Shown here: piece after piece, positions 52,966 through 64,000 of the stretch
Numbering within the stretch: the first letter of the stretch is position 1
Layout of the letters: the number at the start of each line of letters is the position of its first letter
Position numbers and translations under genes: made by a program
Notes under the pieces: model-generated
What the model was told of the DNA's origin: nothing
Databases searched by the model: none
Seen by the model: the letters and a program-made list of their open reading frames with translations, nothing else
Source of the DNA: Gammaproteobacteria bacterium
Lineage (GTDB): Bacteria; Pseudomonadota; Gammaproteobacteria; Ga0077536
NCBI GenBank assembly: GCA_947450495.1
Contig: CANFVX010000001.1
Location: forward strand, 16,434-80,433
Length of the DNA: 64,000 bases
Direction: 5' to 3'

Positions 52966-53886
52966 TCAGACGTAGGTCAGCCAGCCTTCGGGGCAGGCGC
53001 GCTTACCTTGCACAGTGTCGAGGTAAGCAGACTGCAGCAGCTTGGTGACCGGACCCGGTTTGCCCTCGCCGATGGCGCGGTTGTCGAGCTCACGAATGGG
53101 TGTGACCTCGGCCGCGGTACCGGTGAAGAAGGCTTCGTCGGCGATGTAGATTTCATCGCGGGTGAAGCGCTTTTCCACCACCTTGATGCCGGCCTCGTGG
53201 GCGAGCTGCATGATGGTGTCGCGGGTGATGCCTTCCAGCGCACACACCGGATCCGGCGTGTACAGCACCCCTTTGCGCACGATGAAAATGTTCTCGCCGC
53301 TGCCTTCCGCCACCATGCCGTCCTTGTCGAGCAGCAGGGCTTCGTCGTAACCGTCACGCGCGGCGTCTTGCAGCGCCATGATGGAGTTCAGGTAGTTGCC
53401 GGTCGCTTTCGCTTTCGACAGCACGCTGTTGACGTGATTACGCGTGAAGGAAGAGGTCTTGATGCGGATGCCTTTTTCCAGCGCGTCGCCACCGAGGTAC
53501 GCGCCCCAAAACCATGCCGCCACCACCACGTGCACCGAGAGGCCTGCCGCGTGCAGGCCCATGCCTTCGGAGCCGTAGTAGGCCAGCGGGCGGAGGTAGG
53601 CGGTTTCGAGTTTGTTTTCCCGCACGCAGTCCACGCAGGCCTGTTCAATCACGCTGCGCTCCAGGGTCATTTTCATGCCGAGGATATGCGCCGTGTCGTA
53701 CAGGCGCCGGATGTGCTCACCCAGCCGGAAAATGGCTGTGCCGCGATCGGTTTTGTACGCACGGATGCCTTCGAAGGCGCCGGTTGCGTAGTGCAGTGAA
53801 TGGGTCAGCACGTGCGTGTTCGCGTCGCGCCAGGGCACCATTGCACCGTCCATCCAGATCACGCCGTCGCGATCCGCGTAGCTCAT
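52966..53886 (-). CDS. ilvE: Branched-chain amino acid aminotransferase
   Basis: HSLHY...FEGIRAY, KATGNYLNS, EGSGENIF, LEGITR, TGTAAEVTP. Confidence 0.96.
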   Translation of the reverse strand: MSYADRDGVIWMDGAMVPWRDANTHVLTHSLHYATGAFEGIRAYKTDRGTAIFRLGEHIRRLYDTAHILGMKMTLERSVIEQACVDCVRENKLETAYLRPLAYYGSEGMGLHAAGLSVHVVVAAWFWGAYLGGDALEKGIRIKTSSFTRNHVNSVLSKAKATGNYLNSIMALQDAARDGYDEALLLDKDGMVAEGSGENIFIVRKGVLYTPDPVCALEGITRDTIMQLAHEAGIKVVEKRFTRDEIYIADEAFFTGTAAEVTPIRELDNRAIGEGKPGPVTKLLQSAYLDTVQGKRACPEGWLTYV

Positions 53887-53911
53887 AAGCTCTCTCCCAG
53901 AAATCGAGTTT

Positions 53912-56797
53912 TCATTCGAACATCAGTCGTTGCCACACCGCTGCGACGGCCGATCGATGCGTCACGAGGCTCGTGACGTCGACCAGTCCATCCACTTCCT
54001 GCAGGGCGCAACGATGAACTTCAGCGCGATACGCGAAGTAGGCGTCGTGCAGGACGCGGCAGTCTTCGCGCGGCATCAGCGCTAGATCGCGGGTGAGATC
54101 CAGCAGCCGCAAGTTGTCGGTGTAGGCCGTAAGTATTTGATGACGCGAGGCCCAGCGGAGGCAGGCGTATTGCACCATAAATTCTATGTCGGTGATACCG
54201 CCGACGCCCTGCTTCAAATCGAACTGTCGGGCACTTGAACGATCGAGCGTGGCGCGCATGCGCTCACGCATTTCGCTAATTTCGTGGCGGAGTTTTAGGG
54301 GCTCGCGGGTTTGACGCAGGACCTCGCAGCGGAGTGCGTTGAATCCCACGATGAGCTCGAAACTGCCGGCGACCCCGCGTGCGCGCAGCAGCGCCTGATG
54401 CTCCCAGGTCCACGCCGACTTCGTCTGATAGTCGGCAAACGCTTTCATGGTGGTGATCAGCAGTCCGGACGAGCCGCTGGGCCGCAGGCGCAAGTCGAGC
54501 TCATAGGCAAACCCCGCGGGCGTTCGGGTGCCGAGCAAATGGATGACCCGCTGGGCAAGACGCGTGAAGAACACTTCATTGGCGATTGGCCGGGCGCCGT
54601 CGGTTTCTGCCGTCGTCTCGCTGCCGTCGTGCAGGAACACCAGATCGAGATCCGAGCTGTACCCGAGCTCCCGCCCGCCGAGCTTGCCGTAGGCAATTAC
54701 CGCAAAACCGGCGGCGTGCACGTGCCCGGCGCGGGTGACCTGCGGGCGTCCGTGACGCGCAATCAGATCGCCCCAGGCGAGGGTCAGCGCGCGCTTCAGC
54801 AAGGCTTCAGCAATCCAGCTCAAATGATTGCTGACCTCCGCGATGGGATAGTTCGCCAGCAGGTCGCAGGCGGCGACGCGCAGCACCTGCTGGTGCTTGA
54901 AGGTCCGCAAGGCATCCATGACTTGTTCGAGATCAGCGGCCTCAACGCTGGCGAGTGCGTTATCGAGGAGCAGGCCTAGTTCGGCCGCATCGGGCGGCGC
55001 GCCGAGCAGGCGTTGGTCGAGTAATTCATCCAGCACAATCGGCCACCGCGCGATTTGGGTCGCCGCCCAGGAACTTTGCGCGCACAGCGCTACCAGTCGC
55101 TCGAGCGCGAGCCGATGGTCGGCCAGCAAGGCGAGATACACCGAGCGACCGGCCACGGCACGGATCAGGGCGGCGACCCGTTCGAGGACCACTGCGCCGT
55201 CGGGCCGCTTGGCGCAACTTGCCAACAGGCGCGGCATCAGGCGATCGAGGCGATCGCGACCCGTGCTCGAGAGACCAGCCACAAACCGCGCGGACTGCAA
55301 ATCCGCCAGCGTCGCAGCCACCGCCGCCGGCTCGGCAAAGCCCGCTTCCGCCAGCGCCCCGGTCGCCGCCGCCGAGGCGTCCGGCGCGCGCCAGAGCTGA
55401 GCGGACCAGAGGCTGCCTCGCGTCACCTCGGGGTCGGCGGGGGCCGGCATTAACAGCCCTGCAAAGCCCTCCCGCACGGCACCTCGATGCGCCTCTAATA
55501 CGACTTCAAAGCTCGCCCAGTCGGCATAGCCCATGCCGCAGGCCAGACGCGCCTGCGCCAGCGAGTCCTCCGGCAGGCTCTGGGTTTGCGCATCGTGCAC
55601 CTGCTGCAAGCGATGCTCGGTGACGCGCAAAAAGCGATAGGCCGCCGTGAGGGCCTGAGCTTCCTGCGGCGTCAGCAAGCCGAGCTTCGCGCAGCGCTCG
55701 AGCACGGGCTGGATGGGCGAGACACGCAATCCGGGCTCGCGACCGCCACGCACCAGCTGCAGGGCCTGCCCGATGAACTCCACCTCGCGGATCCCGCCCG
55801 CGCCCCGCTTGATGTCGCGCGTCAGCGCCCCGTCCCGCGCGACCTCGGCGTCGATCATCGCTTTCATCTCGCGCACGGATTCAATCGCGCCAAAGTCGAG
55901 ATAGCGACGATAGATAAACGGCCGCCAGATCTCCGCCAGCGCGGCGGTGTCCTCACTGCTGCCGTGAATCACCCGCGCCTTGATCAGCGCGTAGCGTTCC
56001 CAGTCGCGCCCGTGCAACTGGTAGTACTGCTCGAGCGCCGCAAAGCTCGCGGTCAGCGCGCCGCTCTCGCCAAAGGGCCGCAGTCGCATGTCCACGCGGT
56101 ACACAAAACCGTCCGGCGTGACGTCGTTCAAAAACGCGATCAGCCGCTTGCCCAGCCGATCAAAAAACTCCTGATGCGAGACGCTGCGTTCGCCGCCTAC
56201 GGTCTCGCCACCGGCGCGAAAGCAGAACACAAGATCGATGTCGGAGGAAAAATTGAGTTCGCGCCCGCCCAGCTTGCCCATCGCCACAATGACCAGCGAC
56301 AGCGGCATGCCGTCGGCGCCGAGAGGGCTGCCAAAGCGCGCGCGCAGGTCCTGATGAATCCACGCGGCGGCAGCGTCCACGAGCGCGTCGGCCAGCGCGG
56401 AGAGTTCGGCCAGCACGGTGTCCAGCGATACCTCGCCCAGCACGTCGCGGTAGGTGATGGCGGCCAGTTCGAGATTGCGGAACTGGCGCATGCTTGCGCG
56501 CAAGCTCGTTTCGTCTGCCGCCTCAGTGAAGAGCGCTGCACAGCGCTCGGCATAGGCGGCGGGCTCCCGCGTCTCGCCCGGCATCGCCAGAGCGGCCAGC
56601 CATTGCGCGGGGTGGGCAATTGCGACTTCGGCACAAAACGGGCTGAGCGCGAAGACTTGCGCCAGTGACGCGACCCGTGGTGCCGTGCCCGTGAGCGCGC
56701 AGGCGGCCTCAAATCGCTCAAGCAAACGCTCGGCCGGCGCCTGCAAGGGGGCGGGCAGGGCGCGCAGCGCATCGGTCCACGACAAGGTTTCCAACAC
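53912..56797 (-). CDS. glnE: Bifunctional glutamine synthetase adenylyltransferase/deadenylylase
   Basis: Two nucleotidyltransferase motifs (GKLGGRELNFSSDIDL and GKLGGRELGYSSDLDL), RVDMRLRPFG, WEHQAL. Confidence 0.96.
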   Translation of the reverse strand: MLETLSWTDALRALPAPLQAPAERLLERFEAACALTGTAPRVASLAQVFALSPFCAEVAIAHPAQWLAALAMPGETREPAAYAERCAALFTEAADETSLRASMRQFRNLELAAITYRDVLGEVSLDTVLAELSALADALVDAAAAWIHQDLRARFGSPLGADGMPLSLVIVAMGKLGGRELNFSSDIDLVFCFRAGGETVGGERSVSHQEFFDRLGKRLIAFLNDVTPDGFVYRVDMRLRPFGESGALTASFAALEQYYQLHGRDWERYALIKARVIHGSSEDTAALAEIWRPFIYRRYLDFGAIESVREMKAMIDAEVARDGALTRDIKRGAGGIREVEFIGQALQLVRGGREPGLRVSPIQPVLERCAKLGLLTPQEAQALTAAYRFLRVTEHRLQQVHDAQTQSLPEDSLAQARLACGMGYADWASFEVVLEAHRGAVREGFAGLLMPAPADPEVTRGSLWSAQLWRAPDASAAATGALAEAGFAEPAAVAATLADLQSARFVAGLSSTGRDRLDRLMPRLLASCAKRPDGAVVLERVAALIRAVAGRSVYLALLADHRLALERLVALCAQSSWAATQIARWPIVLDELLDQRLLGAPPDAAELGLLLDNALASVEAADLEQVMDALRTFKHQQVLRVAACDLLANYPIAEVSNHLSWIAEALLKRALTLAWGDLIARHGRPQVTRAGHVHAAGFAVIAYGKLGGRELGYSSDLDLVFLHDGSETTAETDGARPIANEVFFTRLAQRVIHLLGTRTPAGFAYELDLRLRPSGSSGLLITTMKAFADYQTKSAWTWEHQALLRARGVAGSFELIVGFNALRCEVLRQTREPLKLRHEISEMRERMRATLDRSSARQFDLKQGVGGITDIEFMVQYACLRWASRHQILTAYTDNLRLLDLTRDLALMPREDCRVLHDAYFAYRAEVHRCALQEVDGLVDVTSLVTHRSAVAAVWQRLMFE

Positions 56798-56896
56798 AAG
56801 GGTCTCCGCTTAGAGGCCTGTGAATCATAAGGGGCGAGCGGCGCATCGCACTTGCGCTGGCTTCTGCCCGCGGGACGCCTGCACCATAATGCCGGC

Positions 56897-58048
56897 ATGA
56901 AACGCCCGCTCGACAGCAAACTGCCGCACGTCGGCACCACCATTTTTACCGTGATGTCGCAGATGGCGGCGGAATGCGGTGCGATCAATCTCTCGCAGGG
57001 CTTTCCGGACTACGACGGTCCGTCCGCGCTCAAGGAAGCGGTGAAGCAGCACATCGATCGCGGCTTCAATCAATACCCGCCGATGGCCGGCATTCTGCCG
57101 CTGCGCGAAGCCGTCGCCGAAAAAGTGCTGAGCTGCTACGGCGCCAAGGTTTCGCCCGAGACGGAAGTCACCATTACCCCCGGCGCGACCGAAGCCATCT
57201 ACTGCGCGGTGACCGCCGTCGTGCGGCCGGGCGATGAAGTCATCATGTTCGACCCGGCCTATGACTGCTACGAGCCGGCCGTCACGCTGGCCGGCGGTGT
57301 ACCGGTGCGTTTGCCGCTGTTGCCGCCGGGTTATCGCATCGACTGGCAGCGGGTGACCGATGCCATCACGCCGCGCACCCGCATGATCATGGTGAATTCG
57401 CCGCACAACCCCACCGGCACCGTGATGGAAGCGGAGGATCTCCGCACGCTGGAGGTACTGGCCGAGCGGCACGATCTGGTGGTCTGCGCGGACGAAGTCT
57501 ACGAGCACCTTATTTTTGACGGCCGCCAGCACGAGAGCGTGCTGCGCTATCCAGCGCTGGCCGCGCGCTCGTTTGCAATTTCCTCGTTCGGCAAGACCTA
57601 CCACGTCACCGGCTGGAAGACCGGCTACTGCGTGGCGCCGCCGGCGCTTACTGCCGAACTGCGGCGGGTGCATCAGTTCGTGACTTTTGTCGGGATTACG
57701 CCCATCCAGTGGGGTCTTGCCGAATTCATGCGTTCCCATCCCGAACACCTGCAGACGCTGCCGGCGTTCTATCAACACAAACGGGATCTCTTTGTGGCGG
57801 CGATTGCGGGCTCGCGCTTCCGCACCCTGCCTTCGGCGGGCACCTACTTCCAGTTAGCCGACTACAGCGCCATCTCGGACCTGCCCGACCGCGAGTTCGT
57901 GGCCTGGCTCACCCGCAGCGTGGGCGTGGCGGCCATTCCGGTGTCGGTCTTCTACGAGCAGCCGCCGGACGCGCGCTATGTGCGCTTCTGCTTCTGCAAG
58001 AACGATGACACCCTGCGGCAGGCCGCCGCCAAGCTCGCGGTGCTGTGA
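56897..58048 (+). CDS. ybdL: Class I PLP aminotransferase (YbdL methionine aminotransferase-like)
   Basis: SKLPHVGTTIFTVMS, NLSQGFPD, NSPHNPTG, DEVYEH, SFGKTYHVTGWK. Confidence 0.88.
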   Translation: MKRPLDSKLPHVGTTIFTVMSQMAAECGAINLSQGFPDYDGPSALKEAVKQHIDRGFNQYPPMAGILPLREAVAEKVLSCYGAKVSPETEVTITPGATEAIYCAVTAVVRPGDEVIMFDPAYDCYEPAVTLAGGVPVRLPLLPPGYRIDWQRVTDAITPRTRMIMVNSPHNPTGTVMEAEDLRTLEVLAERHDLVVCADEVYEHLIFDGRQHESVLRYPALAARSFAISSFGKTYHVTGWKTGYCVAPPALTAELRRVHQFVTFVGITPIQWGLAEFMRSHPEHLQTLPAFYQHKRDLFVAAIAGSRFRTLPSAGTYFQLADYSAISDLPDREFVAWLTRSVGVAAIPVSVFYEQPPDARYVRFCFCKNDDTLRQAAAKLAVL

Positions 58049-58108
58049 GCCGGCGCGCGTCTGGTCTGCGTACAATCTCCGCACATTCCTGATGGCGGGG
58101 ACGTCTGA

Positions 58109-58426
58109 ATGAGCGATGTGCTCTTATGTTTTTGCACCTGCCCGACCCAGGACGTGGCCCACAGGCTGGCAGAACAGTTGGTGAACGAGCGGCTCGCGGC
58201 CTGCGTGAATATCCTGCCCGGGCTTACTTCCGTGTACCGCTGGCAGGGCGCGGTCGAGACGGCCACCGAGGTCATGCTGTGGATCAAAACCAACCGGGCC
58301 CACTATCCCCAACTCGAAGCGACCCTGCGCGCCGCGCACCCTTATGAACTCCCGGAGATCGTGGCGGTCTCCCTCAACACTGGATCACATGCGTACCTTC
58401 AATGGATAAACGATTCGCTGGCCTGA
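58109..58426 (+). CDS. cutA: Divalent-cation tolerance protein CutA
   Basis: LAACVN, SVYRWQG, HPYELPE. Confidence 0.95.
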   Translation: MSDVLLCFCTCPTQDVAHRLAEQLVNERLAACVNILPGLTSVYRWQGAVETATEVMLWIKTNRAHYPQLEATLRAAHPYELPEIVAVSLNTGSHAYLQWINDSLA

Positions 58427-60246
58427 AACTCCTGCTCTGTGGACTATTGTTCACCGCGGCGGCCTCCGCCGGCTTGCTCGACAAGCTGGACCAACTCGGC
58501 GGCGCGGCGAAGCAGCGGGACTTTCTGCCGCCAGAGCAGGCTTTTGCCTTTAGCCACGAGGCCTACGACCAGCAGCGCTTGCCGCTGATATGGACGGTGG
58601 CCGAGGGCTACTACCTCTACCGCGACAAGCTGAAGTTCGAGTCCCCCGATGGCAGCGCGGTGATCGGCAAGCCGCAGTTCCCGCCGGCAGAAGAGAAACA
58701 GGACGAAGAGTTCGGTCGGGTCGCCATCTACAAACATGAATTGAAATTGGCGCTGCCGGTGACCCCCGCCGCTGGTGCGAGCAAGGTCCAGCTTAAAATC
58801 ACCTATCAAGGCTGCGCGGAAGACGGCATCTGCTACCCGCCAATGCACCAGACGCTGTCCTTACCCGTGGCTGCCGTGAGCGCAGTGCCGGCGCCCCCGC
58901 CTGCCCAGCCACGTACCACCACCCCGGCAGCCGAATCCGTTGATGCCGACCAGTTGAGCACGCTGCTCGCCAATAGCGGCCTGCCGGTGATCGCCGCCAC
59001 CTTCTTCGGGTTTGGCTTGTTGCTGGCGCTGACCCCCTGCGTATTTCCGATGGTGCCGATCCTGTCCAGCATCGTGGTGGGCGAGCGCGGGCCGGCCGGG
59101 GCCGGGCGCGGCCTGCTGCTTTCCGTTGTCTACGTGCTCGCGATGGCGGCGACCTATGCCGCCGTCGGGCTAACGGCCGGGCTGTTTGGCCGCAACGTGC
59201 AGGCGGCGTTTCAGCACCCCGTCGTGCTGATCGCGTTCAGCGCGCTGTTCGTGGCGCTGGCCTTGTCGATGTTCGGCTTCTTCCATCTGCAACTGCCACA
59301 GGCCTTGCGCCAGCGGCTGGAGAGCTCGCAGCAGGGAACCCGCGGCGGCAGTCTGGCCGGCGTGGCGCTAATGGGCGTGCTGTCGGCGGTGATTGTCGGC
59401 CCCTGTGTGGCGCCGCCCTTGGCCGGCGCCCTGCTGTACCTCGCCCATGAAGGCAGTCCGGTGGTCGGCGGCGTGGCCCTGTTTGCCCTCGGCCTCGGCA
59501 TGGGAGTGCCCTTGCTCATCGTCGGCGCCTCGGCCGGGCATTTTCTGCCGCGGGCCGGGGCCTGGCTGGAGCGCGTTCAGCACGTCTTCGGCGTGGTCTC
59601 GCTGGGGATGGCGATCTGGTTTCTCGGGCGCGTGCTACCGCCCACCCTGACGCTCGCGCTGTGGTCGCTATTGCTGATCGGCACCGGCATTTTTCTACGG
59701 GCGCTGGAGCCCCTGTCGGAGGTGGCCTCCGGCTGGCAGCGGCTCTGGAAAGGGCTGGGTCTGGCGCTGGTGACCTATGGCGGCGTGCTGATCGTGGGTG
59801 CCGCCGCGGGCGCCGACGACCTCCTCAAACCGCTCGCGCCGTTTACCGCTCGTTCCGAAAACCCTAGCCCTGAGCGTAAGCAAGCATTCACCACAGTGAA
59901 AGGCGCGGGGGCGCTCGCAGCCGCCGTCCAACAGGCCTCGGCGGCTGGCCAGCCGGTCTTGCTCGATTTTTATGCCGACTGGTGCGTGGAGTGCAAGCGG
60001 CTCGAACGCGAGACTTTCGCTGACCCGCAGGTGGCCAACCGCCTCGCCGGTTTCACCCTGCTCCGCGCCGACGTCACCGCCAACGATGAGACCGATCGAG
60101 CGCTCATGACAGGCTTGTCACTCTTCGGCCCACCGGCCGTTCTGCTGTATGACCCGGCGGGTCAGGAGCGGCGCGACCAGCGGCTGATCGGCTTCGCAGG
60201 GCCGGCCGAGTTTCTGGCGCGGCTGGCCGCGCTAGGCGCGCCATGA
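58402..60246 (+). CDS. dsbD: Thiol:disulfide interchange protein DsbD
   Basis: QGCAEDGICYPP, TPCVFPM, PCVAPP, ADWCVECK. Confidence 0.95.
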   Translation: MDKRFAGLKLLLCGLLFTAAASAGLLDKLDQLGGAAKQRDFLPPEQAFAFSHEAYDQQRLPLIWTVAEGYYLYRDKLKFESPDGSAVIGKPQFPPAEEKQDEEFGRVAIYKHELKLALPVTPAAGASKVQLKITYQGCAEDGICYPPMHQTLSLPVAAVSAVPAPPPAQPRTTTPAAESVDADQLSTLLANSGLPVIAATFFGFGLLLALTPCVFPMVPILSSIVVGERGPAGAGRGLLLSVVYVLAMAATYAAVGLTAGLFGRNVQAAFQHPVVLIAFSALFVALALSMFGFFHLQLPQALRQRLESSQQGTRGGSLAGVALMGVLSAVIVGPCVAPPLAGALLYLAHEGSPVVGGVALFALGLGMGVPLLIVGASAGHFLPRAGAWLERVQHVFGVVSLGMAIWFLGRVLPPTLTLALWSLLLIGTGIFLRALEPLSEVASGWQRLWKGLGLALVTYGGVLIVGAAAGADDLLKPLAPFTARSENPSPERKQAFTTVKGAGALAAAVQQASAAGQPVLLDFYADWCVECKRLERETFADPQVANRLAGFTLLRADVTANDETDRALMTGLSLFGPPAVLLYDPAGQERRDQRLIGFAGPAEFLARLAALGAP

Positions 60247-60767
60247 ACCGGAATATCCTGATTGGACTGGCCGCGTTGGCAGCTGTGGGGAGCGGTCTTG
60301 CGTTTCGTCATCTGAATCCGCCGGCGCCGCCGCCGACGGCCGCCACCAGCGACCCGCTTACCGCCACCTTTTCCGACCTGCAAGGTCAGGCCCACGCCCT
60401 TAGCGAATGGCGCGGCAAGGTGCTGGTGGTGAATTTCTGGGCCACGTGGTGCCCGCCCTGTCTGAAGGAAATTCCCAGCTTCGTTGAACTGCAGAAGCGG
60501 TATGGCGCCCAGGGCTTGCAGTTTGTCGGGGTGGCGCTGGATGACCGCGAGGCGGTGGCCAGTTTTATCGCCAGCCGCGACATGAACTACCCCATACTCG
60601 CCGGTGAGGAGGACGTCGCCCGCTATATGCAAGCGCAAGGCAACACCATCGGCGCCTTGCCGTTCACGCTGGTATTTGACCGCAACGGTCGCCTGCGCCA
60701 TACGCAGCAGGGCGAATGGGCGCATGAGGAATCGACGCGTGTATTGGCGGATTATCTCGCGCATTGA
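60243..60767 (+). CDS. TlpA-family disulfide reductase
   Basis: N-terminal anchor; VNFWATWCPPC..EIP; LPFT. Confidence 0.9.
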   Translation: MNRNILIGLAALAAVGSGLAFRHLNPPAPPPTAATSDPLTATFSDLQGQAHALSEWRGKVLVVNFWATWCPPCLKEIPSFVELQKRYGAQGLQFVGVALDDREAVASFIASRDMNYPILAGEEDVARYMQAQGNTIGALPFTLVFDRNGRLRHTQQGEWAHEESTRVLADYLAH

Positions 60768-60910
60768 GCGAATAGCGTTGAACGTGGGCACATCGCCGTC
60801 GAACCTGCTCGCGAGCGCCGGCCATGTGTGCTACTTTCCACCGGCCTTGGCGCGGTGGTGAAAGCGTCCGGGACCAGGCCTTCTACTGACATCTGCGCGA
60901 CCGGGAATCC

Positions 60911-61360
60911 ATGACCGCCATCCTGCTGTTAAACGGACCCAACCTGAATCTGCTCGGCACCCGCGAGCCGGAAACCTATGGGCGACTCACGCTGGCCGAC
61001 ATCGAGCAGCAGGCGGCGACACACGCCCAGACGCTGGGCTACGCCCTCATCAGCTTCCAGACCAACGCAGAACATGCGCTGATCGAGCGCATCCACGCGG
61101 CCAAGCACGATGGCACCGGTTTCATCATCATCAACCCGGGCGCCTGGACGCATACCAGCATCGCGCTCCGCGATGCCCTGCTGGGAGTCTCGATCCCGTT
61201 TATTGAAGTTCACATTTCCAACGTGCATGCGCGGGAAGCTTTCCGCCAGCACTCCTATCTTTCCGACATTGCGCGCGGGGTGATTACCGGCCTTGGTGCG
61301 CAGGGTTATGAATTTGCGATTACCGCCGCCGCGCAGTTTCTGCGTGCGCAGGCGGCGTAA
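60911..61360 (+). CDS. aroQ: Type II 3-dehydroquinate dehydratase
   Basis: [30 protein letters not shown]. Confidence 0.97.
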   Translation: MTAILLLNGPNLNLLGTREPETYGRLTLADIEQQAATHAQTLGYALISFQTNAEHALIERIHAAKHDGTGFIIINPGAWTHTSIALRDALLGVSIPFIEVHISNVHAREAFRQHSYLSDIARGVITGLGAQGYEFAITAAAQFLRAQAA

Positions 61361-61383
61361 GCGTAAACACAGCGAGAAACTGC

Positions 61384-61833
61384 ATGGATATCCGAAAAGT
61401 TAAAAAACTCATCGAACTACTCGAAGAAACCGGCGTCGCCGAAATCGAAATCAAGGAAGGCGAGGAGTCGGTTCGCATCAGCCGCATGCCCACCGGCATG
61501 AGCATGGCGCCGATGGTGCACGCGAGCGCCCCGGCACCGGTGCCGGCTAGCGCGCCCGTCGCCGCGCCTGTGCCGGCCGCCGCCCCGGCCAAGCCGGAAG
61601 GCCACGTGGTGAGTTCGCCGATGGTCGGCACCTGGTACTCCTCGCCGGCGCCGGATGCGCCGGTCTTCGTCAAACTGGGTCAGACGGTGAAGGTGGGCGA
61701 CACGCTGTGCATCATCGAAGCGATGAAAATCATGAATCCCATTGAAGCGGACCGCGCCGGCACGATCGTCGCCATCCTGGTGGAAAACGGCCACCCGGTG
61801 GAGTTCGAGCAGCCACTGTTCATCATTAACTAG
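61384..61833 (+). CDS. accB: Acetyl-CoA carboxylase biotin carboxyl carrier protein
   Basis: [12 protein letters not shown], Ala/Pro linker, SPMVGT, EAMK. Confidence 0.97.
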   Translation: MDIRKVKKLIELLEETGVAEIEIKEGEESVRISRMPTGMSMAPMVHASAPAPVPASAPVAAPVPAAAPAKPEGHVVSSPMVGTWYSSPAPDAPVFVKLGQTVKVGDTLCIIEAMKIMNPIEADRAGTIVAILVENGHPVEFEQPLFIIN

Positions 61834-61842
61834 GCCGCGCGC

Positions 61843-63186
61843 ATGCTTTCCAAAGTTGTCATCGCGAATCGCGGCGAGATTGCCCTGCGGGTGCTCCGGG
61901 CCTGCCGGGAACTCGGGATCAGAACGGTGGCGGTGCATTCCACCGCCGACCGCGATCTCAAGCATGTCCGTCTGGCGGACGAGTCGGTCTGCATCGGCCC
62001 GCCGCAGCCGGCTCATTCCTATCTCAACATCCCGGCGGTAATCAGCGCGGCTGAAGTTACCGACGCCGTCGCCATCCATCCGGGCTACGGGTTTCTGTCC
62101 GAGAACGCCGACTTCGCCGAGCGGGTGGAGCAGAGCGGTTTCATTTTCATCGGGCCGCGCGCTGAGACCATTCGCCTGATGGGCGACAAGATTTCCGCCA
62201 TTCGCGCCATGCGCACCGCCGGCATTCCCTGCGTGCCCGGCTCCGGCAAGCCGCTGACGGACGACATGACCGAGAACGTCCGCATCGCGCGCGACATCGG
62301 CTATCCGGTAATCATCAAGGCGTCCGGCGGCGGCGGTGGGCGCGGCATGCGCGTGGTGCACGCCGAAGCCGCGCTCAAGGCCGCCATCCAGCTGACCAAA
62401 ACCGAAGCCTTGGCCGCCTTCCAGAACGACGCCGTGTACATGGAGAAGTTTCTGGAGCATCCGCGCCACATCGAGTTTCAGGTCATCGCCGACGGCCACG
62501 GCAACTGTGTCTATCTCGGCGAACGTGATTGCTCCATGCAGCGCCGCCACCAGAAAGTCATCGAAGAATCGCCCGCGCCCGGCATCAGCCAGGAGATTCG
62601 CGACATGATGGGCCGGCGCTGTGTGGAAGCCTGCAAAACCATTAACTATCGCGGCGCCGGCACGTTTGAATTTCTGTACGAGAACGGCGAGTTCTATTTC
62701 ATCGAAATGAACACGCGCGTGCAGGTCGAACACCCGGTGACCGAAATGGTGACGGGCTTCGACATTGTGAAAGAGCAGCTGCTGATCGCCGACGGACAGC
62801 GGCTGTCGATCCGGCAGGAAGACGTGGTCATGCGCGGGCATTCGATTGAGTGCCGCATCAACGCCGAAGACCCCAAAACCTTCCGCCCTTCGCCCGGCCG
62901 CGTGAATGTCTTCCATGTACCGGGTGGCCCGGGCGTGCGGATGGATTCCCATCTCTACGACGGTTATGTCGTGCCCCCGTACTACGACTCGCTGGTGGCC
63001 AAACTCATCGTCCACGGTGAGACCCGCGCGGCGGCGCTGGCCCGCATGACCACCGCGCTGGACGAAGTCGTGGTGGACGGCATTCTCACCAACATTCCGC
63101 TCCATCGGGATCTCGTGCGTGACGCCGCCTTCGCGGCCGGCGGCACCGACATTCACTATCTCGAGCGGAGGCTCGCGCTCGATTGA
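61843..63186 (+). CDS. accC: Biotin carboxylase
   Basis: [47 protein letters not shown]. Confidence 0.98.
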   Translation: MLSKVVIANRGEIALRVLRACRELGIRTVAVHSTADRDLKHVRLADESVCIGPPQPAHSYLNIPAVISAAEVTDAVAIHPGYGFLSENADFAERVEQSGFIFIGPRAETIRLMGDKISAIRAMRTAGIPCVPGSGKPLTDDMTENVRIARDIGYPVIIKASGGGGGRGMRVVHAEAALKAAIQLTKTEALAAFQNDAVYMEKFLEHPRHIEFQVIADGHGNCVYLGERDCSMQRRHQKVIEESPAPGISQEIRDMMGRRCVEACKTINYRGAGTFEFLYENGEFYFIEMNTRVQVEHPVTEMVTGFDIVKEQLLIADGQRLSIRQEDVVMRGHSIECRINAEDPKTFRPSPGRVNVFHVPGGPGVRMDSHLYDGYVVPPYYDSLVAKLIVHGETRAAALARMTTALDEVVVDGILTNIPLHRDLVRDAAFAAGGTDIHYLERRLALD

Positions 63187-64000
63187 GCGAGGCCTGGCTC
63201 AAGCTTCGCTTGCCGGCGGCAGACCACGAGGTCGAGCCGCTGGAAGATGCCTTGCTGGATCAGGGCGCGCTGTCGGTCTCCGTCAGCGCGCGCGACGACA
63301 CCACGCCGCGCTTCCAGACGCCCGGCGAGCCAGAACCGGCGCTGTGGGCGAATTGCGAAATCGAAGCGCTCTTTGAGGTGAGCACCGACCCGCTGGCGGT
63401 GCTCGCCGCACTCGCGGCAGATGCTCATCCGGTGGCCGGCGCGCACTACGAAGTGCTGGCCGAACGCGACTGGCAACAGAATTTCCGCCAGCAGTTTTCG
63501 CCCCGCCGCTTTGCCGGCGATTTATGGGTTGTCCCCACCTGGCATGAGCCACCGGCGGAGGCGCGCCACATCATTACGCTCGATCCCGGCATGGCGTTCG
63601 GGACCGGCACGCATCCCACTACCGGCCTGTGTCTGGACTGGTTGGGGCAACTACCCGAATTGGTCGGCGCCAGCGTGCTCGACTACGGCTGCGGGTCCGG
63701 CATTCTCGCGATCGCCGCGGCCCGTTTGGGTGCGACGCGGGTGATTGGTCTCGACATCGACCCCGAGGCCTGTCGGGTAGCGCGTGAGAACGCCCAGCAG
63801 AACGGCTGCGAATTTATCGAGATGGTGCTGCCGGCCGCGCTGCCGGCCGATCAGTTCGATGTGTTGGTGGCCAATATCCTGCTCAACCCCTTGCTTGCGC
63901 TGGCATCGCAGTTGGCCGATTTGGTGAAGCCGGGTGGGCAAATAGGGCTATCCGGTTTGTTGGCCGAGCAAGCTGACTTTGCGCTGGCCGCTTACGCGCC
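63183..64000 (+). CDS. prmA: Ribosomal protein L11 methyltransferase (3' end runs off the window)
   Basis: TTG start overlapping the accC stop; [37 protein letters not shown]. Not in the ORF track. Confidence 0.93.
   Translation, partial: MSEAWLKLRLPAADHEVEPLEDALLDQGALSVSVSARDDTTPRFQTPGEPEPALWANCEIEALFEVSTDPLAVLAALAADAHPVAGAHYEVLAERDWQQNFRQQFSPRRFAGDLWVVPTWHEPPAEARHIITLDPGMAFGTGTHPTTGLCLDWLGQLPELVGASVLDYGCGSGILAIAAARLGATRVIGLDIDPEACRVARENAQQNGCEFIEMVLPAALPADQFDVLVANILLNPLLALASQLADLVKPGGQIGLSGLLAEQADFALAAYA

Noticed and set aside
52834..57778. Long antisense ORFs over ilvE, glnE and the aminotransferase (321, 360 and 317 aa)
   Set aside because: Same shadow-ORF effect; no motifs or independent signals.
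61520..61600. Ala/Pro-rich repeat-like DNA in accB (similar stretches in yidC and dsbD)
   Set aside because: Ordinary flexible protein linkers, not tandem repeats or CRISPR arrays.
61417..63156. 579-aa ORF antisense to accB/accC
   Set aside because: Shadow frame expected from high-GC codon bias; no recognisable motifs; fully overlaps two essential genes.

Overview
Core chromosome of a high-GC Gammaproteobacterium spanning the replication origin; I found no mobile elements, CRISPR arrays, rRNA or tRNA genes. Order left to right: argB(partial)-algC-coaBC; radC-rpmB-rpmG; a DesA-type desaturase; a Gld-like ABC system with mutM and an MFS gene; ggt-yfhL-coaD-rsmD and an M16 peptidase pair; ftsY-rpoH; an aa3-type cytochrome c oxidase cluster; bioBFCD/comF; gyrB-recF-dnaN-dnaA; rpmH-rnpA-yidC-mnmE; an LPS/glycan locus; ilvE-glnE; an aminotransferase, cutA-dsbD-tlpA and aroQ-accB-accC-prmA(partial). 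The best signals are non-coding or missing from the ORF track: (1) a probable oriC between dnaA and dnaN, (2) two parS sites inside recF, at the bottom of a broad GC trough, (3) a perfect CIRCE overlapping a sigmaE-like promoter upstream of rpoH, (4) an rnpA that seems to need a CTG start, (5) a 40-aa membrane protein in the cox operon, (6) a membrane-anchored AlgC, and (7) absence of dut, ftsEX, bioH and yidD from their usual positions. I do not see a clearly new multi-gene system; the best candidates are the Gld-like ABC module and the glycan locus. All family calls come from motif recognition and synteny, not database searches.
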